Source of the DNA: an uncultured Dehalococcoidia bacterium
Lineage (GTDB): Bacteria > Chloroflexota > Dehalococcoidia > Lucifugimonadales > Lucifugimonadaceae
Assembly (NCBI GenBank): GCA_913052475.1
Contig: CAJXEJ010000007.1
Location: 911-64,910, forward strand
Length of the DNA stretch: 64,000 nt
Direction: 5' to 3'
The position numbers and the translations under genes were made by a program. Shown piece after piece: positions 38,391 to 47,974 of the stretch (the first letter of the stretch is position 1; every line of letters begins with the position of its first letter). The notes under the pieces are model-generated. The model had not been told where the DNA came from, ran no database searches, and saw only the letters and a list, made by a program, of their open reading frames with translations.

Positions 38391-39289
38391 AGGGTTTGTC
38401 TCAAGAGTTATAGAACTCGTGTCAGTATATTTTGACTGAGTGAGAGCATTCTCGCTCGCATTTGTTCTACATCCCGACTCCTGCGGAGGGATCTTTGGTG
38501 GTTGGATTGGTGAGGTGATGTGAGCGATGCTCGGTATTGACTGAGTCGTGGTTAGCGTTGCGTCAACCGCTGATTGTCACGTTGTTCGTACCTCACTCCT
38601 CGAATGACGGAAAAAGCCGGCGCCATGTAAGACAGCACGACACGTTGCCGTGTAGATAATCTGGGCGTGCATTTTGTTTCGTGACAAGTGTATTCAGCGT
38701 TCGATACTGGGGTGTGTCACGCTTTATTTTCACCAGTAACAGCCAGCAAGCAGTATATGCCCGGACTACCAAGAACCTGGATAGATCGACGAAGACGCAA
38801 GCTGCGTCGTGCTCAGCGCGAGGCGTTATCGAGAATTGGTCTGGCGACTGCGGGTTCTCCTGCTGCTGGCGAAACAACCATGTGCATCGCCTACATGTGC
38901 CCGTGGGCGCACGCTTGCAACTCCGCTGCCCCTCGACCTGCCCTAGTCGCCCAGCGAGACTGCGCCCGCAAGTTCCCTGAGGTGAACCGACCAGATTCCG
39001 GGTTGTCCGATTCAGCGCTGGATAATCTTGCGCAGCAGCGCGTGAACGGAATCAGGCTTGAAAGTGTGACCGTTGGTATATTGGACGAATTGCGCCCCGA
39101 TGGCCCAAGTCCGTCGATGGGCAAGAAGCGACCGGCGCTACCGGTTTCCGGTACTGGTGTACGAGGAAGGGCTTTAGCACCTCGCAAGAAAGATATCGCC
39201 AGACTCCGAAAGCTTTCCAAAGTCAGCAGATCGAGCAAGATGAGAAGGCTCAGTATGGGCGGTGGCCGTTCATAGCGCGGCGCGCGTTG

Positions 39290-40085
39290 TTAAGAACTCG
39301 AACAACACTTTTGATATGCGTCAGGATCGACCAGGTTCAGATCGTCGTGGTCGCCACCCTGAGGATGTGCATTTGCTTCGGCTTTGGCGCTGCTTCGAAT
39401 ATCCGATGTGTGTTCTCGACCGAAACAGTCTGGTATGAGTTCCCATGCAGTATCAGAGTCGGTACTAAACGTGTACTGACGTGTTTCGTCGTTTCGAGTT
39501 TCGAGCGCATGATGAGATATCTAGGCAGAAATCTCGTCAGCGGTACTTGCTCATGCATCGCGTATCTCAATGACGAAATCGCAGCTTCAAGCACGAGTGC
39601 TGTTCGGCTTACATCTTTGGCGAGATGTGCCGCTACTGCTCCACACATTGATCGCCCAAACACCACGATTTTCTTGCCTGGGTGGAGTTTACGGTTGAGT
39701 TCGTACGTCGCAGTAGCGTCGAGGTACATACCTTCTTCCGGCGGCTCACCCTCGGGACGACCGTATCCTCGATAGTCGATAGCGATGATGGATGGCGAGT
39801 ATTGACGGTGGGTTTTATGATTTTGGTCTAGTCGGACACTGATATTTCCTCCGTGCCGTGGAAAATCAGCTAGACGACGTCGGAAGTATCCGGCATGTGC
39901 CAGCCGTGGAGTTTCGTGTTCTTATTTTCGCTGGAACTGTTGCTCAGCCGAGCGATAGGGAAGATATCGTCGTATTCAAGACCAACGTGTTCTGGCGTTC
40001 CGCGAAACGAGTGCTCCGGGAAGAACAAAGCCTTGTGTTCAAGCCATGTGAGAGGGTGGAGAAGTTGCCGGAGACCATATGACAT
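39290..40085 (-). pseudogene. Bem46/ABHD13-like alpha/beta hydrolase with one in-frame TAG and two frameshifts
   Basis: The segments read ...LFFPEHSFRGTPEHVGLEYDDIF...KLHGWHMPDTSDVV*LIFHG / GGNISVRLD...AIDYRGYGRPEGEPPEEGMYLDA...KIVVFGRSMCGAVAA...PTLILHG...KQMHILR / GGDHDDLNLVDPDAYQKCCSSS*. The TAG is at 39870-39872 and the shifts are near 39853 and 39358. Confidence 0.55.
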
Positions 40086-40125
40086 GCTGGCGTGCTTATC
40101 TTTCTTGCGGGTTACCGCGGTACCA

Positions 40126-41418
40126 CTAGTTGACTGAACCCTCGTCGCGCAGTTCGGTGATCTGTTCCGAAGAAAACCCGATATCGCTGAGTACCTGGTC
40201 GGTGTGTTGTCCTAGAGATGGCGACGATTTCAGCTCTGGCATGCCAGAGCCAAATTGAAGAATCGGCCCTGAGGTACGGATTTTATGGCCGGTGTGGTGA
40301 TCGACTTCGACGACGTAGTTGTTCGTGAGAACCTGTTCGTCATCGATCATCTCTTCGACATACCTGATCGGCTCGCATGGAATGTCGTGCGAACGCAGTT
40401 TATTGAACCAGTGGTCGGTCGTATTACTGGCGAAGATCGCTTCGAATTCTTTGAAGAGTCGCAGTCCAAGCTCTTCGGCTTCTGGTGTTGAGTGATCGTA
40501 AGTCGGATCGGTCACTCTCGGGTCTTCGAGGCCGAATACGTCGAGAAGGCGTGCCCTTGAGTGGACTGCCAACGTTCCGAGCGCCAGCCCGCCGTCGAGC
40601 GTTTTGTACGCTCGGTAGTAACAGCGATAAATGAGCGGTCGTACCGCCAGCTGGTAGCTATCCTGAATCTCTTCGTAGCTCGCGCCCTGCTCAACGAGCT
40701 TTGGGCGTTTGGTTTCGAACCAGATCCGTGCAGGAGCTGGCAGACCTTCGATATCGGCAATACGTAGGCTTTGCATCGCGATGGCGTTGGCAAGCAGGCT
40801 GGTCGAAACAAATTGACCTTTACCGGTTGTACTGCGACCAACGATTCCAGCGAGTATTCCGGTTGCGGCTGCGTAGCCGGTCGAAAAGTCGATGTATGAA
40901 GACGACCACACGACCTCTGGTTGGCCGTCTCTGGTGATCTTTCCTTCGCTCATCACTGCACCGGTGTAGCCTTGCACGATCAGGTCGAAGCCGGGGGAAT
41001 CGTGCATGTCGCCCTTGGGTCCGTACGCGGTGATATCGACATATACGAGGCGCGGATTGATCTTCGAGACCGTTTCGTAGTCGATCCCAAGTTTCAAGGC
41101 GGTGTCACGTCGGTTGTTCGAAATAATGCCGTCGGCCGATTCGATGAGTTTTCTGAGAACGGCTCGCGCTGAATCCAATTTCAAGTCGAGGCAGATGCTG
41201 CGCACGCCTCGGTTCAGCGGAGTGAACACGCGACTTTCGTTCTTCTGGAACGAGTTGGCATGCCGCCATGGATCACCGGAAGGCGGTTCGATTTTGACGA
41301 CGTCGGCACCCATATCGGCGAGTAGTTGACCGCCCCAGGGTCCGGCAACGAAGCTCCCGAATTCGAGAACTCGTATTCCCTCTAGCGGGCCTGCTGTTGG
41401 CGTTTGATTGGCTGACAT
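40126..41418 (-). CDS. Family III CoA-transferase (CaiB/BaiF-like)
   Basis: LEGIRVLEFGSFVAGPWGGQLLADMGADVVKIEPP. ATG 41418 is preferred because the longer ORF would run through a terminator-like hairpin. Confidence 0.85.
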   Translation of the reverse strand: MSANQTPTAGPLEGIRVLEFGSFVAGPWGGQLLADMGADVVKIEPPSGDPWRHANSFQKNESRVFTPLNRGVRSICLDLKLDSARAVLRKLIESADGIISNNRRDTALKLGIDYETVSKINPRLVYVDITAYGPKGDMHDSPGFDLIVQGYTGAVMSEGKITRDGQPEVVWSSSYIDFSTGYAAATGILAGIVGRSTTGKGQFVSTSLLANAIAMQSLRIADIEGLPAPARIWFETKRPKLVEQGASYEEIQDSYQLAVRPLIYRCYYRAYKTLDGGLALGTLAVHSRARLLDVFGLEDPRVTDPTYDHSTPEAEELGLRLFKEFEAIFASNTTDHWFNKLRSHDIPCEPIRYVEEMIDDEQVLTNNYVVEVDHHTGHKIRTSGPILQFGSGMPELKSSPSLGQHTDQVLSDIGFSSEQITELRDEGSVN

Positions 41419-41502
41419 GCTGCTGTCGGTATCCGTGATCGTTGTGTGCAGGTCGGTCGGGCAGATGTTATCGTCGATCAACGGTAAATGTGCGCAAAAT
41501 GG

Positions 41503-41543
41503 TGCGAAAAATAAAAACACCGGCATATTCGTAGCCAGGTGTT
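41503..41543 (-). terminator. Candidate terminator after the Usp gene
   Basis: On the minus strand: AACACC-16 nt-GGTGTT followed by TTTTTATTTTT. Confidence 0.4.
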
Positions 41544-41569
41544 CTTAATTTTCGATCTCGTTGCTGTCG

Positions 41570-42535
41570 TCAGCCGATTATGGGAGGAATTACAAGCACG
41601 GGGCGACGAGCGGACCGAATTACTTTGTCTGCGACACTTCCAACAACCCATCGTTTCAGGCCACCGGCTCCGTGCGAGCTCATGACAACGATGGTGTTCT
41701 CGATTTCGGCTGCCGCATCGACGATCTGCTGTGAGGGGCTGCCTGTTCGAATATTGGCACTGGCTTTCAGTCCCGCAGCTTCAGCGGTCGAGACAAATCC
41801 CTGGAGATACTTGGAGGTTTCCTCTTTTAGAGAGTCGATACCGAAGTCACCGGCGTAGTCACCTGCGCCATATTCAATGCCGGCCACACCCACTCCGAAG
41901 AATGGAAGCCTGATGACTTCAGTGAATACGACTTCGGAGTTCGCCGCTTCCGCGATTTCAAGTGCAGGCCCAACAGCTGTTTCTGAAAGGATTGAACCAT
42001 CGAGCGGGACGATTACTCGAGCTGGGCCATCGCTGGTGTCGTCGATCTTATGAATTTCACCGGGATAGAGAATTAATATTGGTGTGGATGTTGAGTGGAG
42101 AACTCGGTCGGTAACGCTACCGAGCACGCCGCGAGCAAGTGCCGACTCTCGACGAGTTGCCATTGCGATCAGGTCGATCTCACGAGAGTGGGCTTCCGAA
42201 ACGATTACCTCGGCTGGCGAACCGGCTCCAACTCTGATGCTCGCAATTACGCCGGCAGCGGTGATTCTGTCGGCTACTTCCTGAAGATCCTTCTCGGCCT
42301 GTGAAAGCGCGTCACCTATCACGTCAGAAGGAGTCCTGATCGTCGACGTTGTCGCTCCGGCTTTAGAGCGGTGTAAATCCCGGGTTGTTGCTTCGAGTAT
42401 TTCGATTTCTTCCGTATCGATAACCGAAAGCAGAATAATTTCGGCTTCCAGTACACCCGCCAGCCCTGTCGCCCAGCCCAAAATGCTTCGAGAATGTTGC
42501 GAACCATCGAGAGGAACAAGTATTTTCTTGAACAT
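41570..42535 (-). CDS. Tandem-domain universal stress protein (UspA family)
   Basis: Two Usp repeats, each starting ILVPLDGS / VIVPLDGS and ending with G..G...GSV..V motifs. Confidence 0.85.
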   Translation of the reverse strand: MFKKILVPLDGSQHSRSILGWATGLAGVLEAEIILLSVIDTEEIEILEATTRDLHRSKAGATTSTIRTPSDVIGDALSQAEKDLQEVADRITAAGVIASIRVGAGSPAEVIVSEAHSREIDLIAMATRRESALARGVLGSVTDRVLHSTSTPILILYPGEIHKIDDTSDGPARVIVPLDGSILSETAVGPALEIAEAANSEVVFTEVIRLPFFGVGVAGIEYGAGDYAGDFGIDSLKEETSKYLQGFVSTAEAAGLKASANIRTGSPSQQIVDAAAEIENTIVVMSSHGAGGLKRWVVGSVADKVIRSARRPVLVIPPIIG

Positions 42536-42853
42536 TAGTTTTTTTACCCTCCCGTTGCCACAAGAGCTCTGTCCGTCCAGCGAATCATATTAGCGGGAGA
42601 GTATGAACAGGTCGTGAGCGCGAGTGCCCCATGGAGAGGACAAGAATGATGAAAAGATGAGGTTTAAGAACGACCGTGAGGATCATTTGCGCCATCTTGC
42701 TCGACGAAAAACGAAATTTCGGAGCTTGTGATTATTGGCGCGATCTGGATCGGACAAACTACCATGCGTCCGATCCAGTGGAAGTTCTACCTTGCGATTA
42801 CAATGAATGCAAAACCATGGAACATCGTCCAGCGTGCGGTATTTATTTAGCGG

Positions 42854-43459
42854 CTACTTGATTAGATACAGCGTTGGGTAGATAAATACCCACGCTACGT
42901 CGACAAAGTGCCACCATTTCACTGCACCTTCCACTGCCCACTGATTGTCGCCGATCGTCTTGGACTTCCGAATCCGGAAGTACACGAATCCGAGCGTTAA
43001 AACACCAGTTACTACGTGGGTGACATGCACACCTGTAAGTGTGAAAAGTACTGTGCCAAATCCAGTCGATGGCGGGAAGTGCTTGAATGCTTCATACCAT
43101 TCGTAGCCGACTCCGAACACGAAAATAATGCCCATGCCAATTGTGGCTAACAACATCTTTTTCGCATTCGGTAGGTCGCCATGTTCGGCAGCGGCTTCAG
43201 CGCGGTATGCGGTCAAACTGCTGAGAAGAAGCAGGATTGTGAGGCTGAGACCGAGTACCTGATCGACGTGCTCTGGCGTGCTTGTGCCAACCACGAAGAA
43301 TCGCGAGGACAAAAGCGCAATAAAGAACGAAGCATCGGATACTAGGAACAGCCACAAACCAAGCCGGTTGATCGTCAGGGCATCAAACCGGTGATTTACG
43401 TGATGCGGTACATGGTTTGTCACGTGGCTAGTCCTCTTCCCTGTCGGCTTCTGGGTCAT
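42854..43459 (-). CDS. ctaE: Heme-copper oxidase subunit III
   Basis: 201 aa with five hydrophobic helices. Shows LGLWLFLVSDASFF and HVTHV patterns. Last gene of the oxidase cluster. Confidence 0.85.
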   Translation of the reverse strand: MTQKPTGKRTSHVTNHVPHHVNHRFDALTINRLGLWLFLVSDASFFIALLSSRFFVVGTSTPEHVDQVLGLSLTILLLLSSLTAYRAEAAAEHGDLPNAKKMLLATIGMGIIFVFGVGYEWYEAFKHFPPSTGFGTVLFTLTGVHVTHVVTGVLTLGFVYFRIRKSKTIGDNQWAVEGAVKWWHFVDVAWVFIYPTLYLIK

Positions 43460-43691
43460 CGCTCAGCATTCCGTACCAAGCATCCGACACGTGTTCCCAC
43501 AGTTGTCCGAAATGCATGAAGTACTGAATGATTAACCACGCTTTCGCTAGGCCAACGATCAGGAGGAGCGTGAACAGGATCGCTGTGTCATCAATGACGA
43601 CAGCGACGATGTACTCGGCGGCGGTCATAATCGCCAGAATGACGATCACTACCCACCCGAGTTTCAATGTTTCTTGAATTGTTTTGTGCAT
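43428..43691 (-). CDS. Small two-helix oxidase subunit (prokaryotic subunit IV / COX4_pro-like)
   Basis: 87 aa with two TM helices. AKAWLIIQYFMHFGQLW resembles the FMHL motif of bacterial subunit IV. Sits between the subunit I and subunit III genes. Confidence 0.55.
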   Translation of the reverse strand: MHKTIQETLKLGWVVIVILAIMTAAEYIVAVVIDDTAILFTLLLIVGLAKAWLIIQYFMHFGQLWEHVSDAWYGMLSDDPEADREED

Positions 43692-43695
43692 CTAC

Positions 43696-45528
43696 TTAGT
43701 CCCCCTCAGCCGAAATAGCGTCGGTGGAATTCGGGAATTTTGCGTGTATAACACTCTCGTCACCGTAGCCGTAGGGATCGCCCGTAACCGTCGGGAACTC
43801 GTCGAAGTTCTCCAGCGGTGGAGGCGAGCTTGTCTGCCATTCGAGGGTTTTTGCGTCCCACGGGTTGTCAGGTGCTTTTGGTCCACGGATCCATGAGTTC
43901 AGCATGTTGTACATCCACGGTAGGAACGCTATTCCGAGTGCGAACGCAGCGATCGAGGTTACGAGGTTCATAAACTCGAATTCCGGTGGATACTCAGCGA
44001 CACGTCGGTTCATGCCAACAGTGCCCGGAACGAACATTGCCAGGAACGTGATGTTGTAGAACAAGAACATAAGGCCGAAGTGGATTCGACCCAGAGTTTC
44101 GTTGTACATGCGACCCGTGATCTTCGGAAACCAGTAGTAACCGGCAGCGAAGATTGCGAATATCTCACCACCCATAATCGTGTAGTGGAAGTGCGCTACA
44201 ACGAAGTAGGTGTCCTGCAAGGCAATGTCGGTTGCGACGTCGGCGAGGAAGATACCCGTCAGACCACCGATCGAGAAGTTGAAGACAACTCCCAATGCGA
44301 ACAGTAGCGGAACCTTCAGCCGAAGCTTGCTTCGCCACAACGTTCCCAGAGCCGATAGGAAGATGACTCCAGTTGGGATCGAAATCAACTCGGTGAGGAT
44401 CATGAACGGACCGTGCAGGTTTTCGCCCATGCCACTTGTGAACAGGTGGTGCGCCCAAACAATGAAGCTCAGGAACACGATCAGAGCGAAAGCCCTAACC
44501 ACCCATCTGTAAGCGAACAGCGGTTTTCTTGCGAAGTGGCTGATGATCTCAAGTTCAGCTCCGAACGCCGGCAGGATCATGATGTAGACCGCCGGGTGCG
44601 AGTAGAACCAGAAGACGTGCTCGTACAAGAGTGCGTTACCGCCTGGAGGCGAGAAGAACACCATGTTGAAGACACGTTCGAAGATGATCATCAGGAGGCC
44701 GTAAGCGACCCACTGTGTTGCAGTTAGTGAAATCACCGAAGCAGCGAGTACTGACCAAGCGAAGATCGGTAGTCGGCCCCAGGTCATCCCCGGCGCTCTT
44801 TGCGTAACGATCGTCGCTATGAAGTTCATTCCACCAAGAATCGATGAGATTCCGAATGTCAGGAACGCCAGTTCAAATAACAAACCACCAATTGGTGTTT
44901 GAGTAGCGAGTGGAGGGTAAGCAGTCCAGCCAGTGTCAAATCCACCGAACAGCGGTGAGAGAAGGAGCAGGACCACTACCGGTGGAACGATCCAGAAACT
45001 GAGTGCGTTGACCCGAGGGAATGCGACGTCTTCAGCACCGATGATGAGCGGCAAAACGAAGTTAGAGAATCCACCCATCACAGCGGCAACCGCAACGGCA
45101 ATCATCATGATCCCGTGAAGGCTCATTGTGGTGTTGTAGGTGTTCTTTGTAAATATGTTCTGACCCGCATCCATCAGTTCCACCCTGATGAGAATAGCCA
45201 GTACACCAGCTAACAGGAACACAACCACGAGCGAGGTGATGTACTGGATACCAATCACTTTGTGATCGATATTGAAACGCAGGTAGCGCTCCCATCCACC
45301 AGTAGGGTCGTTGTTGGTGGATTTGCCGAACCACTGACGGCCCCATACTTTCCACATTCCAACACCCATGAGCCAGCCGATAACCGCGAATACGTACCCA
45401 AGTACGATCATCGGTTCCGTTGCTGGCTCCTTGGTGAAGCTAGTGATGAGCTGCGATATGCCCCCACCGATAGCGAAACCTATTGCGGCTCCTATCAAGC
45501 CCTTGACGATCGGCATAAAAACTGCCAT
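43696..45528 (-). CDS. ctaD: Cytochrome c oxidase subunit I
   Basis: HVFWFYSHPAVYIMILPAFG and WAHHLFTSG. 610 aa. Confidence 0.95.
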   Translation of the reverse strand: MAVFMPIVKGLIGAAIGFAIGGGISQLITSFTKEPATEPMIVLGYVFAVIGWLMGVGMWKVWGRQWFGKSTNNDPTGGWERYLRFNIDHKVIGIQYITSLVVVFLLAGVLAILIRVELMDAGQNIFTKNTYNTTMSLHGIMMIAVAVAAVMGGFSNFVLPLIIGAEDVAFPRVNALSFWIVPPVVVLLLLSPLFGGFDTGWTAYPPLATQTPIGGLLFELAFLTFGISSILGGMNFIATIVTQRAPGMTWGRLPIFAWSVLAASVISLTATQWVAYGLLMIIFERVFNMVFFSPPGGNALLYEHVFWFYSHPAVYIMILPAFGAELEIISHFARKPLFAYRWVVRAFALIVFLSFIVWAHHLFTSGMGENLHGPFMILTELISIPTGVIFLSALGTLWRSKLRLKVPLLFALGVVFNFSIGGLTGIFLADVATDIALQDTYFVVAHFHYTIMGGEIFAIFAAGYYWFPKITGRMYNETLGRIHFGLMFLFYNITFLAMFVPGTVGMNRRVAEYPPEFEFMNLVTSIAAFALGIAFLPWMYNMLNSWIRGPKAPDNPWDAKTLEWQTSSPPPLENFDEFPTVTGDPYGYGDESVIHAKFPNSTDAISAEGD

Positions 45529-45565
45529 CTAAAAGTCCCCTTGAACTCTTTTTAATCTTTGGCCT

Positions 45566-46402
45566 TTAAGCCGCTTGGTCTGCAATCCATTGTTCGAATT
45601 CGGCAGGTTCGACCACCTCGACGCGTGTAAACATCAGGGAATGGTCGTTTCCGCAGAGTTCAGCACATTGGACTCTGAAGTTGACATCATCATTGAAGTG
45701 GCCAGTTTCCGTGGTTTCGACATCGAAGTATGTCGTTAGCCCTGGAACCGCATCAATCTTCATTCGGAAAGCCGGGATCCAGAATGAGTGAATTACGTCT
45801 TGGTCTTCGGCGGTGACGTTGAATCGAATCAGCGAATGGTTCGGAAGGACAAGCATCTCGTCCTTTGTGAACAACGAAACGTCACGCCCTTCATATTCGT
45901 AGATCCATTGCCATCGTCTGCCTGTCACATTCACTGTCAGGTCGGGTTCCTCGGCGTTTGTTGCGCGGAGCTCGAGGATTCCTGTGTAGCCGGGGTGCAC
46001 GATCACCACGAGACAGAGGATAGTTGTCCACGCCAACCAGAATCCAACCCACTTGGTGTGGGTGCGGGTTGGCGCTGCGTCTTCAATCTCGTCACCCTTG
46101 GCGCGGAACTTGAAAACGACGTAAAGAATCATCGTGATAACTAAAGTGAAGATCGGAATTGCCAATACCATCAGCAGGATAAAGGCATCGTCGATGAAAT
46201 CACCCTGTTTGGTTGCGGCGTCACCAAACATATCTATCTGAAGGAAGGAAAGTTCACCGATTATCGTTAGCAACACCCAAATGGCTGCGGCCGTTACTGT
46301 ATCTCTATTCAGAACGATCTCCCTTAGTGCTCGATAGAAAGTTGGCTCGCGCGGACTTCGAATTCCCGTCCCCAGCAAATTTATTGGGCTGAGATTAGCC
46401 AT
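45566..46402 (-). CDS. ctaC: Cytochrome c oxidase subunit II (CuA domain, no fused cytochrome c)
   Basis: HSFWIP...CAELCGNDHSLM CuA ligands. Start taken at MANLSPINLL (46402). Confidence 0.9.
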   Translation of the reverse strand: MANLSPINLLGTGIRSPREPTFYRALREIVLNRDTVTAAAIWVLLTIIGELSFLQIDMFGDAATKQGDFIDDAFILLMVLAIPIFTLVITMILYVVFKFRAKGDEIEDAAPTRTHTKWVGFWLAWTTILCLVVIVHPGYTGILELRATNAEEPDLTVNVTGRRWQWIYEYEGRDVSLFTKDEMLVLPNHSLIRFNVTAEDQDVIHSFWIPAFRMKIDAVPGLTTYFDVETTETGHFNDDVNFRVQCAELCGNDHSLMFTRVEVVEPAEFEQWIADQAA

Positions 46403-46521
46403 CACCAGAATCCACACATAGGTGCATTCACACCAGATACTACACTCGGTCGACACCTTAGGTGTGTTCGCACTAGCCGCTCAAACCTGAACTCTGACTT
46501 TCGTGCGTACGGAGTGCGGCT

Positions 46522-47202
46522 CTAGATCAGCCCGGCCCGCGTTCCCAAAGCTACCGCTTCGAGTCGTGACCGACACCCAAGTTTTGTAAGCAGCCTGCTT
46601 ATGTGGTTACGCGCCGTCAGTGGTCTGATCGTCAAAATATCGGCGATGTTGTTGGTGCTTTTACCTGCTGCAAGTAGCTTCAGAACTTGATCTTCACGAG
46701 TTGTTAACTGAGGGATTCGGTATCCGTTGATGTCGGTGATAGTCGAGGCGATTTCAACTCGCCGTCGGTCGGTGACGTCGCGAAACACGTGGAAAATGTC
46801 TTGTGATTCATCGACCTGAGACGGCAAAATAGTGCTCACGTTAATCTGCCTGAACTCACCCTCAGAAGTTTTGCATTCGAGGTCGAAATCCTTTGTGGTT
46901 CTGCCTTTGGTTGCGTTCGTTACGACATCACAACCATGACCGCATTTAACTCGGCTTGTGCTGCTGTTGGCACACAACACTTCGTAACATTTCTTTCCGA
47001 GGACCTGATCACGTCGGTAACCGAACAGTTTTTCTGCCGTGGTGTTCCACGACTTGATTTTCTGCTCTCTCGTTACCGAGAACATGCCGTCGAACGTACG
47101 AAACTCCTGGTAAAGCTGGCCTTCAGAATCTTTGCTCAATCTCGATATTCCCTCGATAGCATACATAGGCGCGGTGCTGCGTACCGGGTAAAGAACAATC
47201 AA
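46522..47202 (-). CDS. PAS-domain / LuxR-type HTH one-component regulator with a four-Cys cluster
   Basis: PAS core SWNTTAEKLFGYRRDQVLGKKCYEVLCANSSTSRVKCGHGCDV (C-x4-C-x9-C-x3-C). C-terminal LTTREDQVLKLLAAGKSTNNIADILTIRPLTARNHISRLLTKLG. Confidence 0.8.
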   Translation of the reverse strand: MIVLYPVRSTAPMYAIEGISRLSKDSEGQLYQEFRTFDGMFSVTREQKIKSWNTTAEKLFGYRRDQVLGKKCYEVLCANSSTSRVKCGHGCDVVTNATKGRTTKDFDLECKTSEGEFRQINVSTILPSQVDESQDIFHVFRDVTDRRRVEIASTITDINGYRIPQLTTREDQVLKLLAAGKSTNNIADILTIRPLTARNHISRLLTKLGCRSRLEAVALGTRAGLI

Positions 47203-47301
47203 CTTGGCTGGGCTGCGACCATGGTTTGCCGCTGGATCAGCAATGCACCCAATTGAATATAGACTGGGACGGTCAAATTAAATGTGAGTTTTCGCTAAAT
47301 T

Positions 47302-47340
47302 GGTGAATTCACACCATACCATGATTGGTGTGTTATCACC
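47302..47340. promoter_or_regulatory. Interrupted palindrome in the regulator / cytochrome c divergent region
   Basis: GGTGAattCACACCA-taccatgat-TGGTGTGttaTCACC (12 of 15 arm positions complementary). Confidence 0.35.
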
Positions 47341-47423
47341 TATGGTGGGGAGATGGGAGCAGCTACTTTTTGTCGGTGCGGCTTTTTTTATCGGCTAGTT
47401 ATTAATATTCTGGGGCTTGATTC

Positions 47424-47843
47424 GTGTTCAAACGCTTAAACGTCGTTGTAATTTTCGTCCTCGCTGCTTTCGCTATGTTCGCAGTTGCAGCGTGTGCCGA
47501 CGGTGAGGACAATCCATTCGGTACTACTACACCGGTTCCTGCTGGTGAGGTTGCGGATTCGGGCAGCAGCGAGCCCGCTTCATCAGGTCCCGATATTGGA
47601 AATGGCGAAAGTAAATTCACTGGACTCGGCTGCAGTGGTTGCCACACAACTGGCACCGACAAATTAATCGGTCCCGGTCTTGCAGGTATCAGCTCCAAAG
47701 GTGACGACTACATCCGTGAGTCGATTACCGACCCCGGCTCTGAGTTGGTTGACGGTTATTCGAACTTGATGCCGACCTCGTTCGGCGACCTCCCGGCATC
47801 GGACCTAGACGATCTCGTCGCGTATTTGAACACGCTGAACTAG
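47424..47843 (+). CDS. Class I c-type cytochrome, lipoprotein-anchored
   Basis: Lipobox FAVAAC, heme site CSGCH and a distal NLMP. GTG start. Confidence 0.8.
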   Translation: MFKRLNVVVIFVLAAFAMFAVAACADGEDNPFGTTTPVPAGEVADSGSSEPASSGPDIGNGESKFTGLGCSGCHTTGTDKLIGPGLAGISSKGDDYIRESITDPGSELVDGYSNLMPTSFGDLPASDLDDLVAYLNTLN

Positions 47844-47974
47844 CTTTCTTCTGTCGTGTCGGCTGATTCTTGCCGGCCCACCGCGATCTACCAAAGCCTC
47901 CCCACGTTGCTTCACTGCGGTCGAGATTTCGATGGTCTGGTTGGATGTACTGATTGTGCCGGTGAGCGAAACCG

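Noticed and set aside
38688-39275. 195-aa + strand ORF, the longest in the 38.4-39.3 kb gap
   Set aside because: It has an extremely basic, Arg/Ala/Ser-rich composition and overlaps equally long ORFs on the other strand. No motif was seen, so it is kept only as part of the unassigned-region finding.
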